This document shows positions 39,942 to 48,767 of a stretch of 64,000 nucleotides of DNA, in pieces. The DNA comes from Candidatus Multivoradales bacterium. Lineage in GTDB: Bacteria; Acidobacteriota; Thermoanaerobaculia; Multivoradales; J023. The stretch covers positions 3,136,001 to 3,200,000 of the forward strand of contig CBDFLE010000006.1 of NCBI GenBank assembly GCA_965248925.1. Direction: 5' to 3'. A program made the position numbers and the translations under genes. How positions within the stretch are numbered: the first letter of the stretch is position 1; each line of letters opens with the position of its first letter. A model generated the notes under the pieces. It did not search any database and had not been told where the DNA came from. It saw nothing but the letters and a program-made list of their open reading frames with translations.

Positions 39942-41831
39942 TCAGCTCGCTAGTAGGCGGTGGGTGGCGAGCAGGCGGTCGGCGGAGGATGCCAGGCCGC
40001 CGGATCTCGAGCGTTGCCGCCACAAATAACGAAAATCCTCGGTCAGCTCGACCACCTCCGCCGCCAGGGCGAGTCGCCGCGGGCGGGCAATATGCTCAAG
40101 TCTAGCTGCTGGGCCAAGCGAGCAGCGTGCCTGGCCGATACGCGCCGCCACTGCCAGGGCCTTGGCAACCCAAGCGAGTTCGGCCGCCGCTACTGTGCCT
40201 TCGCCGGCTGCGGGTTGGGCCCTGGCCAGCTCGTCCCCTAGCTCGACTGCGCGCTGCTCGGCTCGTTGCAGATCGCCGCGGCATAGACCACGGTACCGTG
40301 GATGCCGCAGATCATCTTGTGGGAAGCACAGCAGGTGAAAGAGTGGCGAGCCATTCTTGGGCCGCGCCTCGAGTGTTAGGTAGAGGTCGGCGAGGGCTCG
40401 CTGAATCCCGCCCAGGTGTTCGGCCCGGTCGCCAAAGAGCAGCAAGTCCAGATGCTCGGCCCAAGGGGCGGTCAGGGCTTCACCGGCGGTCTGCGTGTTC
40501 CAGGCGAAAGCCGCGCCAGCGGCGAAACCCAACCAACTGACCGCCATCGGTTGCAGGTGACCGTGGTCGCCCCAATCGGTAACCAGATAGCCGCAGGCGC
40601 CTTGCTCTCTGCCGTGGCGAGCTGCTGCGGCCAAGTTCAAGAGAGCGTTGTGTCCGCGTCCGGCCAAGCTGCACCAAGAGCTGGTGCCAGGACAGACGTA
40701 GTGTTCGAGCCCCGAGGCCGCCAGCTTGGCACCATTCTCGGCAAAGGGGTGGTCGGCCTCGTAGCCCCACTCGAGAGCGATGGCGTCCATCGGCAACTCG
40801 GCGATCAGCTCGGGATGTTCGAGCGCGATATCGCCCCAGAACATTATCCGCCGGCCACGATCTTTGGCCAGCCGGTGTACCTGGCGCAGGAAATCGAGGT
40901 AGACCCGAAACTTGCCGCGCTCGGCGCAGGCTGCCGCCGAGCGTCCGCGGCCGAGGTCCAGGGTCTCGTCGAGCCCCACATTGAATAGCCGGCTGCGAAA
41001 ATTTGGTAGCAGCTGATCGTAGAGTTCGGCCAGCAGCTCCAGCGAGCGTGGATCGGTGGCGCAGAGTCCAAAAGGCTCGGGCCGCAGGCTGAAGGGATGC
41101 TCGATGCCTTGGGGACACTCCGCCAACGGGCGGTAAGGGGAGTGGATCAGCCAGCGGTGCCAATGACCGAAGCTGTTCTGGTTGGGCACCAGCTCGATGA
41201 AGCGCTCGGCACAGTAGGCGTCGAGCTGGCGCATGTCGTTGCCAGCGAACGGGCTCCATCCCTTCCAGACCTGCTCGTGGCCAGCGTAGGCGAAGGTGTG
41301 TTCGACATAGAGCTGTAGCTGGTTGATCTTCCAGCTGGCCAGCTGGTCGATCCAGGAGAACAAGCTGTTGAGCTTGGGCACCCGATTGCGGCTGATGTCG
41401 AGCATCACGCCGCGGTGGCGAAAAGCAGGTCGGTCGAGGACTCGCAGTCCAGCGATCGACTCACCCGGTCGCCGGGCGGCGTGCAATCGCAACCACTGAG
41501 ACAAGGTGGCGATGCCGTAGAACAGACCCGCCGCATCGCCTGCCGTGACCGAACAGCCCACGGCTTCGATGCGCAGGCGGTAGCATTCGCTGCCCAGCCG
41601 CTGATCCACAGCGAGCTGGAGTTGGCCCTGTTCGCGCGGTGATTCCAGCAGCTCACACCGATGCTCTGCACAGGCCGCCAACAGCAAGGCGCGGGCGCTG
41701 GCTGGCAGGCTGGTAGTAGCTGTGTCCGCCACGGTGGCCGCCAGCGCCAGCTGAGGTCCGAGGTGAAAGCCCTCACCCGAGCTGTGCAGCTGCCGTGGAG
41801 GTGGCAGCAGGAGGTCTTGCAGAGGAGTCAT
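39942..41831 (-). CDS. Glycoside hydrolase family 20 (beta-N-acetylhexosaminidase-like)
   Basis: GH20 zincin-like N-domain, 'RGVMLDISR', 'LVPNQNSFGH', catalytic 'GLDET' and 'TDWGDHGH'. Confidence 0.88.
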   Translation of the reverse strand: MTPLQDLLLPPPRQLHSSGEGFHLGPQLALAATVADTATTSLPASARALLLAACAEHRCELLESPREQGQLQLAVDQRLGSECYRLRIEAVGCSVTAGDAAGLFYGIATLSQWLRLHAARRPGESIAGLRVLDRPAFRHRGVMLDISRNRVPKLNSLFSWIDQLASWKINQLQLYVEHTFAYAGHEQVWKGWSPFAGNDMRQLDAYCAERFIELVPNQNSFGHWHRWLIHSPYRPLAECPQGIEHPFSLRPEPFGLCATDPRSLELLAELYDQLLPNFRSRLFNVGLDETLDLGRGRSAAACAERGKFRVYLDFLRQVHRLAKDRGRRIMFWGDIALEHPELIAELPMDAIALEWGYEADHPFAENGAKLAASGLEHYVCPGTSSWCSLAGRGHNALLNLAAAARHGREQGACGYLVTDWGDHGHLQPMAVSWLGFAAGAAFAWNTQTAGEALTAPWAEHLDLLLFGDRAEHLGGIQRALADLYLTLEARPKNGSPLFHLLCFPQDDLRHPRYRGLCRGDLQRAEQRAVELGDELARAQPAAGEGTVAAAELAWVAKALAVAARIGQARCSLGPAARLEHIARPRRLALAAEVVELTEDFRYLWRQRSRSGGLASSADRLLATHRLLAS

Positions 41832-41883
41832 GATGAGCGACTCTATACTCTTGTTTCCGGATCATTTTGTTTCCGGGTCATTC

Positions 41884-41912
41884 TTGACAAGGTAGTGCCA
41901 TACTCAGATTAT
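41884..41912 (+). promoter_or_regulatory. Putative sigma70 promoter
   Basis: TTGACA-17nt-GATTAT in an AT-rich divergent intergenic region. Confidence 0.4.
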
Positions 41913-42009
41913 CAAGGACTCGACGTTGTAAGCATGAAGACAGGGGGTGCGCTGGTGGCCCTTGGCGATCTGGCATCTGGTGCCCCAACGATCTAGGGAG
42001 AAGCGTGGG

Positions 42010-42912
42010 ATGAAAGGGAGTTGGCAAAGGTCTCAATCGGTGTTGATTTCGCTACTGTGGCTCCTGCTGCCTGCGATCTGCATGGCGGCCCCGGTATTGG
42101 CAGCTCCGAGCGCTGCCCCACCGCCGGTCGGTGTACGCTTGCAGTTTGAAGTCCGTGATCTGCGCGATCAGCAGGCACCGTTGACCATGACCTCAATTCT
42201 GGTCGCTGGCGCGCGCCTGCGCATGGATGGAGCTTTTTTGGCTGGCGAGGTCACAACCAGCATGATTTTCGACGCCCAAGCGGGCGAGATCTGGTGCATC
42301 GATCATCGCCAGCAGCGCTATTTGGTGCTGGATCGCGAGACTGTCGAAGGGATGGCCGGCATCCTGCGTGAGACCATGGAGGAACTCCAAGCGGCGCTCG
42401 AAGACGTTCCCGAAGAGCAGCGCGAGGTAGTCCGGGCGATGGCTGAGACGCGATTGCCCAAGGACCAGCTCGAGCCCAAGATCAGTTCTCATTGGGCGGT
42501 CGAGGAAGAGGCGGAGCAGGCTACCAAGGCAGGTTATCCCAGCCGCCGATACCGGCTGTTGCACGAGGGTCGCGAATTGCGCCAGCTGTGGCTCACCGAG
42601 TGGCACAACCTCGAAGGTGGCAAAGAGATCGCGGAAGTGCTCGACGCTGCCGGCCTGTTGTTGCTTCAGCTGGTCGAGTCGGGAGAGGAGGAGTTGCTCG
42701 ATCTCGGTGCCGCGGAGCTACTCGCAGCCAACCTGCTGGTTGGTATCACCGGTCTCGGTGGCTTCCCGGTCGAAAGTACCGAGTTGGTCAAGGGCGAAGC
42801 GATTCGCCGCACCACCCTCAAGTCGATAAAGCGGCATCGTGTCGAGCCGGCGTTGTTTGCCTTGCCCGCAGGATATTTGCGCCAGGAACCGAGAATGGGG
42901 GTTTTGCGGTGA
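42010..42912 (+). CDS. Secreted DUF4412-like protein
   Basis: Signal peptide, 'LRMD...SMIFD....IDH.QQRY', 'KAGYPSRRY...ELRQLW' and terminal 'LFALPAGY'. Confidence 0.6.
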   Translation: MKGSWQRSQSVLISLLWLLLPAICMAAPVLAAPSAAPPPVGVRLQFEVRDLRDQQAPLTMTSILVAGARLRMDGAFLAGEVTTSMIFDAQAGEIWCIDHRQQRYLVLDRETVEGMAGILRETMEELQAALEDVPEEQREVVRAMAETRLPKDQLEPKISSHWAVEEEAEQATKAGYPSRRYRLLHEGRELRQLWLTEWHNLEGGKEIAEVLDAAGLLLLQLVESGEEELLDLGAAELLAANLLVGITGLGGFPVESTELVKGEAIRRTTLKSIKRHRVEPALFALPAGYLRQEPRMGVLR

Positions 42913-45371
42913 ACACTTCAGTAGCGGCACGGCCGGCCTTTGTCGCGCGTTTTAACGCTTTTGTGACCGACCAAGCCCCTTTCGCCATGGAGGTGGCGCG
43001 TTCGGCCTTGGATGCTGCCGTGCGTCAGCTGCCACGGCAGACGTTCTCTAGCCCGCGTCAGCTGGACACCGTGCGCCGCCTGCTGGCCAAGGAATTGCGC
43101 CTCCGCTTGCGACCGCTGCCCGAGGACGAGCGACTCGAGGTCGCCCCCGGCGTTCGAATGGCGGAGCGCCAAGGGCAAGCAATCGAGGATTTGGTGGAGA
43201 TGTGTGACGGATTTCTCCATCGCGAATCCCTGCTGGCCTCGCTGAGCACAGCTGAGCGCCGAGAGATCCTCGGTGGCATGATCCTCACTCGCGCGGTCGA
43301 CAATCGACTCAAGCTCCTGCACGCCAAGGGCGAAGTGTTTTGGGACGAAGTCCAGTTTCCTGGCACGGGCTACCGCTCGTTGGGCAGGGAGGCGGTCTAT
43401 GCTGCCGGTTTGCGCCTGCGCCGTGGTAGCGAATGGCGAGGTAAAGACGGCGGCTGGAATGGGGACTTGGTGGCGCCTTCGCGGCGCGGCCTCGGCCTGG
43501 CGTTGGCCATGCACCCCGAGCCTGATTTGGTTTATCGCGCGCTGAGCGCTCAGGCCGGCAAAGGGGGGGCGCCGCCTGCGGGGCGAACGTCGTTCTTTGG
43601 CGACCTCGCGCGCGGGGTTTTGCCAGCCGCCAACTCGGCGGCAATTTCCAGCCTGACCGCCACCGGTTTCGCTCTTGCCTTGGCGCGAGAGGACGCAGGA
43701 CGGGTAGCGGTGGTGTTGGTCGGCGACGGTGGTAGCGCTCTCGGTGAGTGGCACGAGGCGATCAACCAGGCCGCCTTGCGTCGCCTGCCGGTAGTTTTCT
43801 TGATGGAGTCCGAACCCGCGTTGGCGTCGACCGAGGCCGCCGAATCGGCAGCTCGACAGTTGGCGGACAAAGCCGCGGGTTATGGCTTGCTGGCGCTGAG
43901 AGTCGATGGCGCGGATCCCGACGCGGTGGCGGTAGCCGCCGCCTGGGCGGTGGAGCGCGCGCGTCAGGGAAGCGGCCCAACCTTGCTCGACCTAGTGGCG
44001 ATGCGCATGTGTGGCGTTACCCACGCCACCGATGATTTTTATTTGGGTCAGGGGGCGGAGCCTGGCTGGGACTACGCCGAGCTTGGCAGCGCCGGCTGCG
44101 CCGACGCCGAGTCCTATCGCTATTGGTCAGAGCGCGATCCGATCCAGCGCTACGCCGCCCGTCTCGCCGTGGAGCAATTGGTCACCGCCGAGGAGGTTGT
44201 CACCTGGAAGGCCGAGGCCGAGGAAGTGGTGGAAGCCGAAACGCAGAGGGTACTCGATGCCCCGTGGCCCAAGGCGCGGACGGCAGGGGAGGGCGTTTTT
44301 AGCGATCAGCCGCCGGCCCACCGCAGCGACCCCTTATTGCGTCGGGTCGCGCGCCAGGAGGTCCGCCAAGGACTGCCGGATCTCGAGACAGGGGCTCCCT
44401 ACCATCCTGCCGGTGCTGGTTTTGGCGAGGCGATCCAGCGCGGTCTGGAACAGGCCCTCGAAGCCGATTCGCGAGTTTTCCTTTTTGGCCCGGCCTGCGA
44501 GGCTCGGGATCAACGAAGCGCGGTGCTCGAACCCATACGCCAGCTGCATGGCCAGAGGGTGCCTTGCTCGCCGTCGTCGCCGGCCGGAGTCTTGGGAATC
44601 TGTATCGGTGCGGCATTGGCCGGACAGAGGCCGATTGGCGAGATCCGGGCGGCGGAAATCGCCAGCGCCTTCAATCCCCTGGTCACTAGCGCGGCGCAAT
44701 TACGCTTTCGGTACGGCCAACCGGTACCGATGGTCTTGCGCGTACCCGGCGGCGAAGCTCATTCGCCTGACCCGGCCAGTTTGACCTGGTTCTACAGCGC
44801 TCCTGGACTGAAGATCGCCGTACCGTCAACGCCGCAAGACGCCCAAGCCATGCTGTTGGCGGCGGTGGAAGATCCGGATCCGGTGCTGTTTTATGAACCG
44901 ATGGAACTCTACGAATCGGTTGAGCTGCGCCAGCCGTTACCCGATGGATTGCCCGAGCCTCTGCCGCTGGGGCGCGCCGCGCTGCGCCGCGCCGGCTCCG
45001 ATCTGCTAATTGTGTCGTGGGGTGCTTTGGTCCACCGGGCGCTGCGGGTGGCTGAGAAACTGGCAGAGGCCGGCACGGGGGTCGCGGTCCTCGATCTGCG
45101 CAGCCTAGTGCCCCTCGATAGGCAGTGCTTATTGCGCTGTGTCCGCCATTGCGGCCGAGTCTTGATCGTCCACCGGGATAGCCGCATGGGGGGGGTTGGC
45201 GAGAGCTTGGCGGCGATCATCCAAGAAGAAGCCTTCGAGTATCTCGACGCCCCAGTGCGCATTCTTGGCGCCCTGGACACCCCCATGCCCTACTCGCCTC
45301 CCTTGGTTGAAGCCTTTGTCCCCGGTCAGGCCGAGATCGAGCGCGCCGCGCGCCTGCTGTTGGCCTATTAA
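42909..45371 (+). CDS. 2-oxoacid dehydrogenase E1 alpha/beta fusion homolog with degenerate cofactor motifs
   Basis: GTG overlaps the upstream stop. 'GDGGSALGEWHEAIN', 'RDPIQRY', 'PGLKIAVPSTPQDA', 'DPVLFYE', 'DLRSLVPLD' and 'LDAPVR'. Confidence 0.85.
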   Translation: MNTSVAARPAFVARFNAFVTDQAPFAMEVARSALDAAVRQLPRQTFSSPRQLDTVRRLLAKELRLRLRPLPEDERLEVAPGVRMAERQGQAIEDLVEMCDGFLHRESLLASLSTAERREILGGMILTRAVDNRLKLLHAKGEVFWDEVQFPGTGYRSLGREAVYAAGLRLRRGSEWRGKDGGWNGDLVAPSRRGLGLALAMHPEPDLVYRALSAQAGKGGAPPAGRTSFFGDLARGVLPAANSAAISSLTATGFALALAREDAGRVAVVLVGDGGSALGEWHEAINQAALRRLPVVFLMESEPALASTEAAESAARQLADKAAGYGLLALRVDGADPDAVAVAAAWAVERARQGSGPTLLDLVAMRMCGVTHATDDFYLGQGAEPGWDYAELGSAGCADAESYRYWSERDPIQRYAARLAVEQLVTAEEVVTWKAEAEEVVEAETQRVLDAPWPKARTAGEGVFSDQPPAHRSDPLLRRVARQEVRQGLPDLETGAPYHPAGAGFGEAIQRGLEQALEADSRVFLFGPACEARDQRSAVLEPIRQLHGQRVPCSPSSPAGVLGICIGAALAGQRPIGEIRAAEIASAFNPLVTSAAQLRFRYGQPVPMVLRVPGGEAHSPDPASLTWFYSAPGLKIAVPSTPQDAQAMLLAAVEDPDPVLFYEPMELYESVELRQPLPDGLPEPLPLGRAALRRAGSDLLIVSWGALVHRALRVAEKLAEAGTGVAVLDLRSLVPLDRQCLLRCVRHCGRVLIVHRDSRMGGVGESLAAIIQEEAFEYLDAPVRILGALDTPMPYSPPLVEAFVPGQAEIERAARLLLAY

Positions 45372-45469
45372 AGTCGCTGGCTAGCGCCCGCTGAGCGTCG
45401 CGCTTTGGCTGAGCTGTCTAAGAAAATGGACAGCGCTGTCGGTCTGAGAGGTCAGAGAACAAGGAAGGA

Positions 45470-45501
45470 CGCTGGCGGCTGAAAAAGATGAGCCGCCAGC
45501 G
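45470..45501. terminator. Stem-loop between convergent genes (probable terminator)
   Basis: CGCTGGCGGCT-10nt-AGCCGCCAGCG, a perfect 11-bp stem with a pyrimidine-rich tail on the minus strand. Confidence 0.55.
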
Positions 45502-45779
45502 CAGGATGAGGGAACGTGGCAGGAGTCAGGTAGGTTGCTCAGCGCCGGGGCGGTGAGGGAGTGTCCCGGTCGAGACCGAAACCACCGCGACAGCGTTTTC
45601 CAAAAGTGTCAGAGCAGGGTGCTTGAAGCTCATCGGTTGTTCTCCGCGGACGGAGCGTTGCCGAATCCTGCTCGTCTCCATGGTGTACTAGCAAAGGCCG
45701 TGCCGGCTTTCGATTTAGCTTGTCGATAGTAGGTAGGGGCGCGGCTGGTCACTGCTGGGGGAATCAGATCAGTTTCGAT

Positions 45780-47071
45780 CTTGGCGGAGTTGTCGGGCCC
45801 TTGGGTCCGGGCCTGGCGCAGAAGGATCATCAAGTCGCCGCCGCCGCTGGGGGGCAGGTTGGCGCTCGCCAGGAGGGCGGTGCCGGCCGCGGTGGTTTGG
45901 GCAGCTTGCCAGTGGAAGAGGAGGTCTGAGGGTGCCAGACGACTCAGGGCTTGTTCCACGGATCGCGGGTCGCGAATGATCGGCGAGAGCACGAAGGGAG
46001 GGTCGGGGCGCATCTCGCGGGTCTGCTGGCTATCGATGTAGTACAGCTCACCGGTGAGGGCGAGCATGCTGACAGTGCGAGTGTCCAGTCGCCGAGTTGG
46101 ACTCGCGGATCGCGCAGCCAAACAGTGCCGTTGCCGCGGTGATAGAAAGTCACCTGTTGGCCTTCGACTGACTCGGGTACCTCGATCTCCAACCACCAGC
46201 GATGCCAGTCGTCGGTGAGCTGGTCGAAGGTCCACGAGGCGTCGCTGCTGGCCCAAAGACCGCCTGAACCCCAGGTGAATCCATCGGCTCGAGCTTCGAG
46301 GCCGATGCGCAAGATCTCGCTGTGCTGGCGACCGGTGGGCAGAGCAATGTCCAGGGTGGCGGAAAAGCCGCTGAGGTTGGGGATGACCCCAAGGCCCTGG
46401 AGATCGCGATGACGAGCATAAGTCGTCGTCGCCCGCTTGGCCGCCGCCGGATCGATCCGGGCCAGCAGCTCGACGACGGTGGTCATCGCCAAGCGTGGAT
46501 CCTTGCAGTCGAAACCAGCAAGACGCAGCGGCCGGCTGGCCTTGCGATTGTACTCTCGCATCCACAACAACAGTTCGCGCAGGCCACGGCGGTAGAAGAC
46601 TTTGTTGGGCCAGGCGTGTCGAGCGATCAGCTCATCGAGGTCGCCCTCGCCGCCGCGAACCCACCGGTCAAGCAAGTGGGCATGGGCCGGGTCGATCTCC
46701 AAGGCGAAGACCTCGAAGACGGCTTGCTCGGCCAGATCAGCGAACAAGCGATGGGCCAGGCGGTGGAAGTCGTCGACCCCATGCTCGCTCTCCCCCAGGC
46801 CGACGACCCGAGCATCGCCGAGCCAAGCTCTCAGGGTCTGTAAGTCGGTGGCGCTACCGCTCTGCTCCGGATCGATGCTGAGCAGGGGTGCTACGAACTC
46901 ACCCAACGGATCTTTTCTGTCCCCGGTTCCTTCCAGCAACCCGAGCAGACGATGAATCCCGCGACAAATCCGGCCAAGGCTGTTCTGAGCGAGAGGGTGG
47001 TCATTGAGAGGTGCAAGCTCATTGTGAGTCAGCGGCTGATGGCAAAACCAGTCATCTTTGCAGATCACCAT
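45780..47071 (-). pseudogene. Erythromycin esterase (EreA/B-like) family gene, internally deleted or frameshifted
   Basis: 'ARVVGLGESEHG..DF', 'FALE' and 'LLLWMREYN...LAGFD'. The frame breaks near 46075, and a C-terminal-like piece ('RSVEQALSRL..SDLLF') continues in another frame. Boundaries approximate. Confidence 0.6.
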
Positions 47072-47414
47072 AGCGCTGGCGCAGCCTGCGCTCTTTGTCG
47101 ATCGGGCCGTAGAAGGTCACCACCAGCACTCGCTCGCCCAAGTCGACGAAATATTTGACCAGATAGTTTTCTTGGCCGATGAGGACCTCGACCTTGTTCA
47201 AGTCGAGAGCTGCTGAGGCTTTGGCGGCGAAGCATAGGTCGAAATTGGCCGCCGGGCCCGTGCCAAGCTCTTCGAATCGATTGCACTTGATGGTCTGCGC
47301 GTTGGTCATTTCAACCTGAAGAGCACCGACTTCGAGAGCCTTCGATGCTTCATCCCACACCATTTGGCATGGAATGGCATGGCTAGGCACAGGACTGCCA
47401 ATATCCGGGAGCAT
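47052..47414 (-). CDS. Hypothetical protein (possibly a fragment)
   Basis: 120-aa ORF with plausible composition and no recognised motif. Confidence 0.3.
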   Translation of the reverse strand: MLPDIGSPVPSHAIPCQMVWDEASKALEVGALQVEMTNAQTIKCNRFEELGTGPAANFDLCFAAKASAALDLNKVEVLIGQENYLVKYFVDLGERVLVVTFYGPIDKERRLRQRYGDLQR

Positions 47415-47488
47415 TGCGCACGATTCCGAGAGAAAACGATAGCGCTGGTCATCATGGGAAGGTTCTCTATAGTTGGCGAACTTAGAAT

Positions 47489-48007
47489 TCAGGGATCAGC
47501 CGCAAACAACCTAATCTCGTCTTGCTCTCCAGGCATCTTTAGGTTGCTATCTAAAGCGAAGCCGAGCTTCTCAAGCAAACCGATGGAAGCTGTGTTCTTA
47601 GGTGAGGTGATGGCTAGCAGGCGACCGAGGCCGAAGGTCTGGCGGCCGTGGGCGATCACCGCGGCGGCGGCCTCGTAGCCGTAGCCTTGGGAGCGGAAGG
47701 CTGGCAGATAGGCGAAGCCGATGTCGGGATGGTCGAGGTGATCGCGCCGCAACAGTCCACACATGCCGATCGGTTGCCCTCCCTCCTTGAGTTCAACCCG
47801 GTTGAGGCCGAACCCGTGTTGCTGGTAGCTCACCATAGGGCCGTCGCGCAGATAGCGTCGAGCATCTTCCTCGTCGCGTACTCCGCGATCCCCGATGTGT
47901 TCCAAGAATGCCGCGTCATTGAGCAGTTCGACAATAAAACGGGGATCAGCGGTGGAGCTGTCGCTGAACCGGCGGATGATCAGGCGTTCGGTTTCTAGAA
48001 TCTGCAT
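47489..48007 (-). CDS. GNAT N-acetyltransferase (RimJ/RimL family)
   Basis: 'LETERLIIR', 'IGMCGL', 'DIGFAYLP.FRSQGYGYEAA' and 'NTASIGLLEKLGF'. Confidence 0.92.
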   Translation of the reverse strand: MQILETERLIIRRFSDSSTADPRFIVELLNDAAFLEHIGDRGVRDEEDARRYLRDGPMVSYQQHGFGLNRVELKEGGQPIGMCGLLRRDHLDHPDIGFAYLPAFRSQGYGYEAAAAVIAHGRQTFGLGRLLAITSPKNTASIGLLEKLGFALDSNLKMPGEQDEIRLFAADP

Positions 48008-48010
48008 GAC

Positions 48011-48739
48011 TCAGGGGCTCTCGATGGCCTCTATCCGCCGCTCGTAGCGGATCGAGAGGATCGGCATGATGATCGGCAGCAGACAGTAAGCGAAGCCGGC
48101 GAAGGTGCCAAGGTTGCCGGGGGCGAGCAGGGCGAAGAGGGCGGAGAGCAGGCCGATGGCAGCTTGTGCCGTCCAAATGGTGACTTGCTGCTGGGTGCGC
48201 AGCCGCTCGACGGCGTCGAGGCCCAGGCTGTCGGCACAGCGCAGGGCACGAAAGTTGAGGGCCGCCAGGGCCCCGGACATGGCCAAGGTGCCGATGCCGT
48301 AGGCGACGAACAGGCCGATAGCTTCTCGCAAGCTGTTGATTTCGAATTGCGACGGTAGGCGCCCGCCGCTCATCCAGCCAAAGAAGGTCGAGAACATCAC
48401 TCGCAGTGGATAGACGTAGACCAGAACGACAAAGACCAGGCCGAGGGAGATCATCGTTGCCGGCATATCTTCGAGGCCATAGCGTTGACTCCATTGGCGG
48501 TGAGCGAACCAGAACATCATGATCAGCGCGAAGCTGGCGGCAAAGGCCGGGATGCCGAGCAAGGCTTCGATCATCTGTGAATAAGTGGTCGGCAAACCGT
48601 CGACCGCGATCACCAGCAGGCTCATCGAGAAGGCGAAGGCGGCGTCGACGAAGGTTTCGAGCCGGGTCATCTCGATGCCACGCAGGCGCACGCCGTGGCG
48701 GCGGGTCAAGAGGCGGAGCTTTTCTTCGGTCCACAACAT
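48011..48739 (-). CDS. TMEM175/DUF1211 family membrane protein (K+ channel-like)
   Basis: 'RLETFVDAAFAFSMSLLV' matches the RxxxF(S)D helix-1 motif; 'FWFAH'; about 6 TM helices. Confidence 0.82.
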   Translation of the reverse strand: MLWTEEKLRLLTRRHGVRLRGIEMTRLETFVDAAFAFSMSLLVIAVDGLPTTYSQMIEALLGIPAFAASFALIMMFWFAHRQWSQRYGLEDMPATMISLGLVFVVLVYVYPLRVMFSTFFGWMSGGRLPSQFEINSLREAIGLFVAYGIGTLAMSGALAALNFRALRCADSLGLDAVERLRTQQQVTIWTAQAAIGLLSALFALLAPGNLGTFAGFAYCLLPIIMPILSIRYERRIEAIESP

Positions 48740-48767
48740 GGGTTCAGGGAGTTTGGCAGCGCGGTGC

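Noticed and set aside
40480-41259. Many Arg/Pro/Ala-rich alternative-frame and antisense ORFs (also 13629..14741, 22743..23684 and 54437..55405)
   Set aside because: Shadow ORFs expected in high-GC DNA. They overlap well-supported genes and show no motifs.
42492-42908. N-terminal extension of the E1 ORF, and similar long starts at 5652, 7437, 11725, 15254, 33302, 48901 and 53007
   Set aside because: Most overlap neighbouring genes. Internal starts with an RBS or stop/start overlap fit better.
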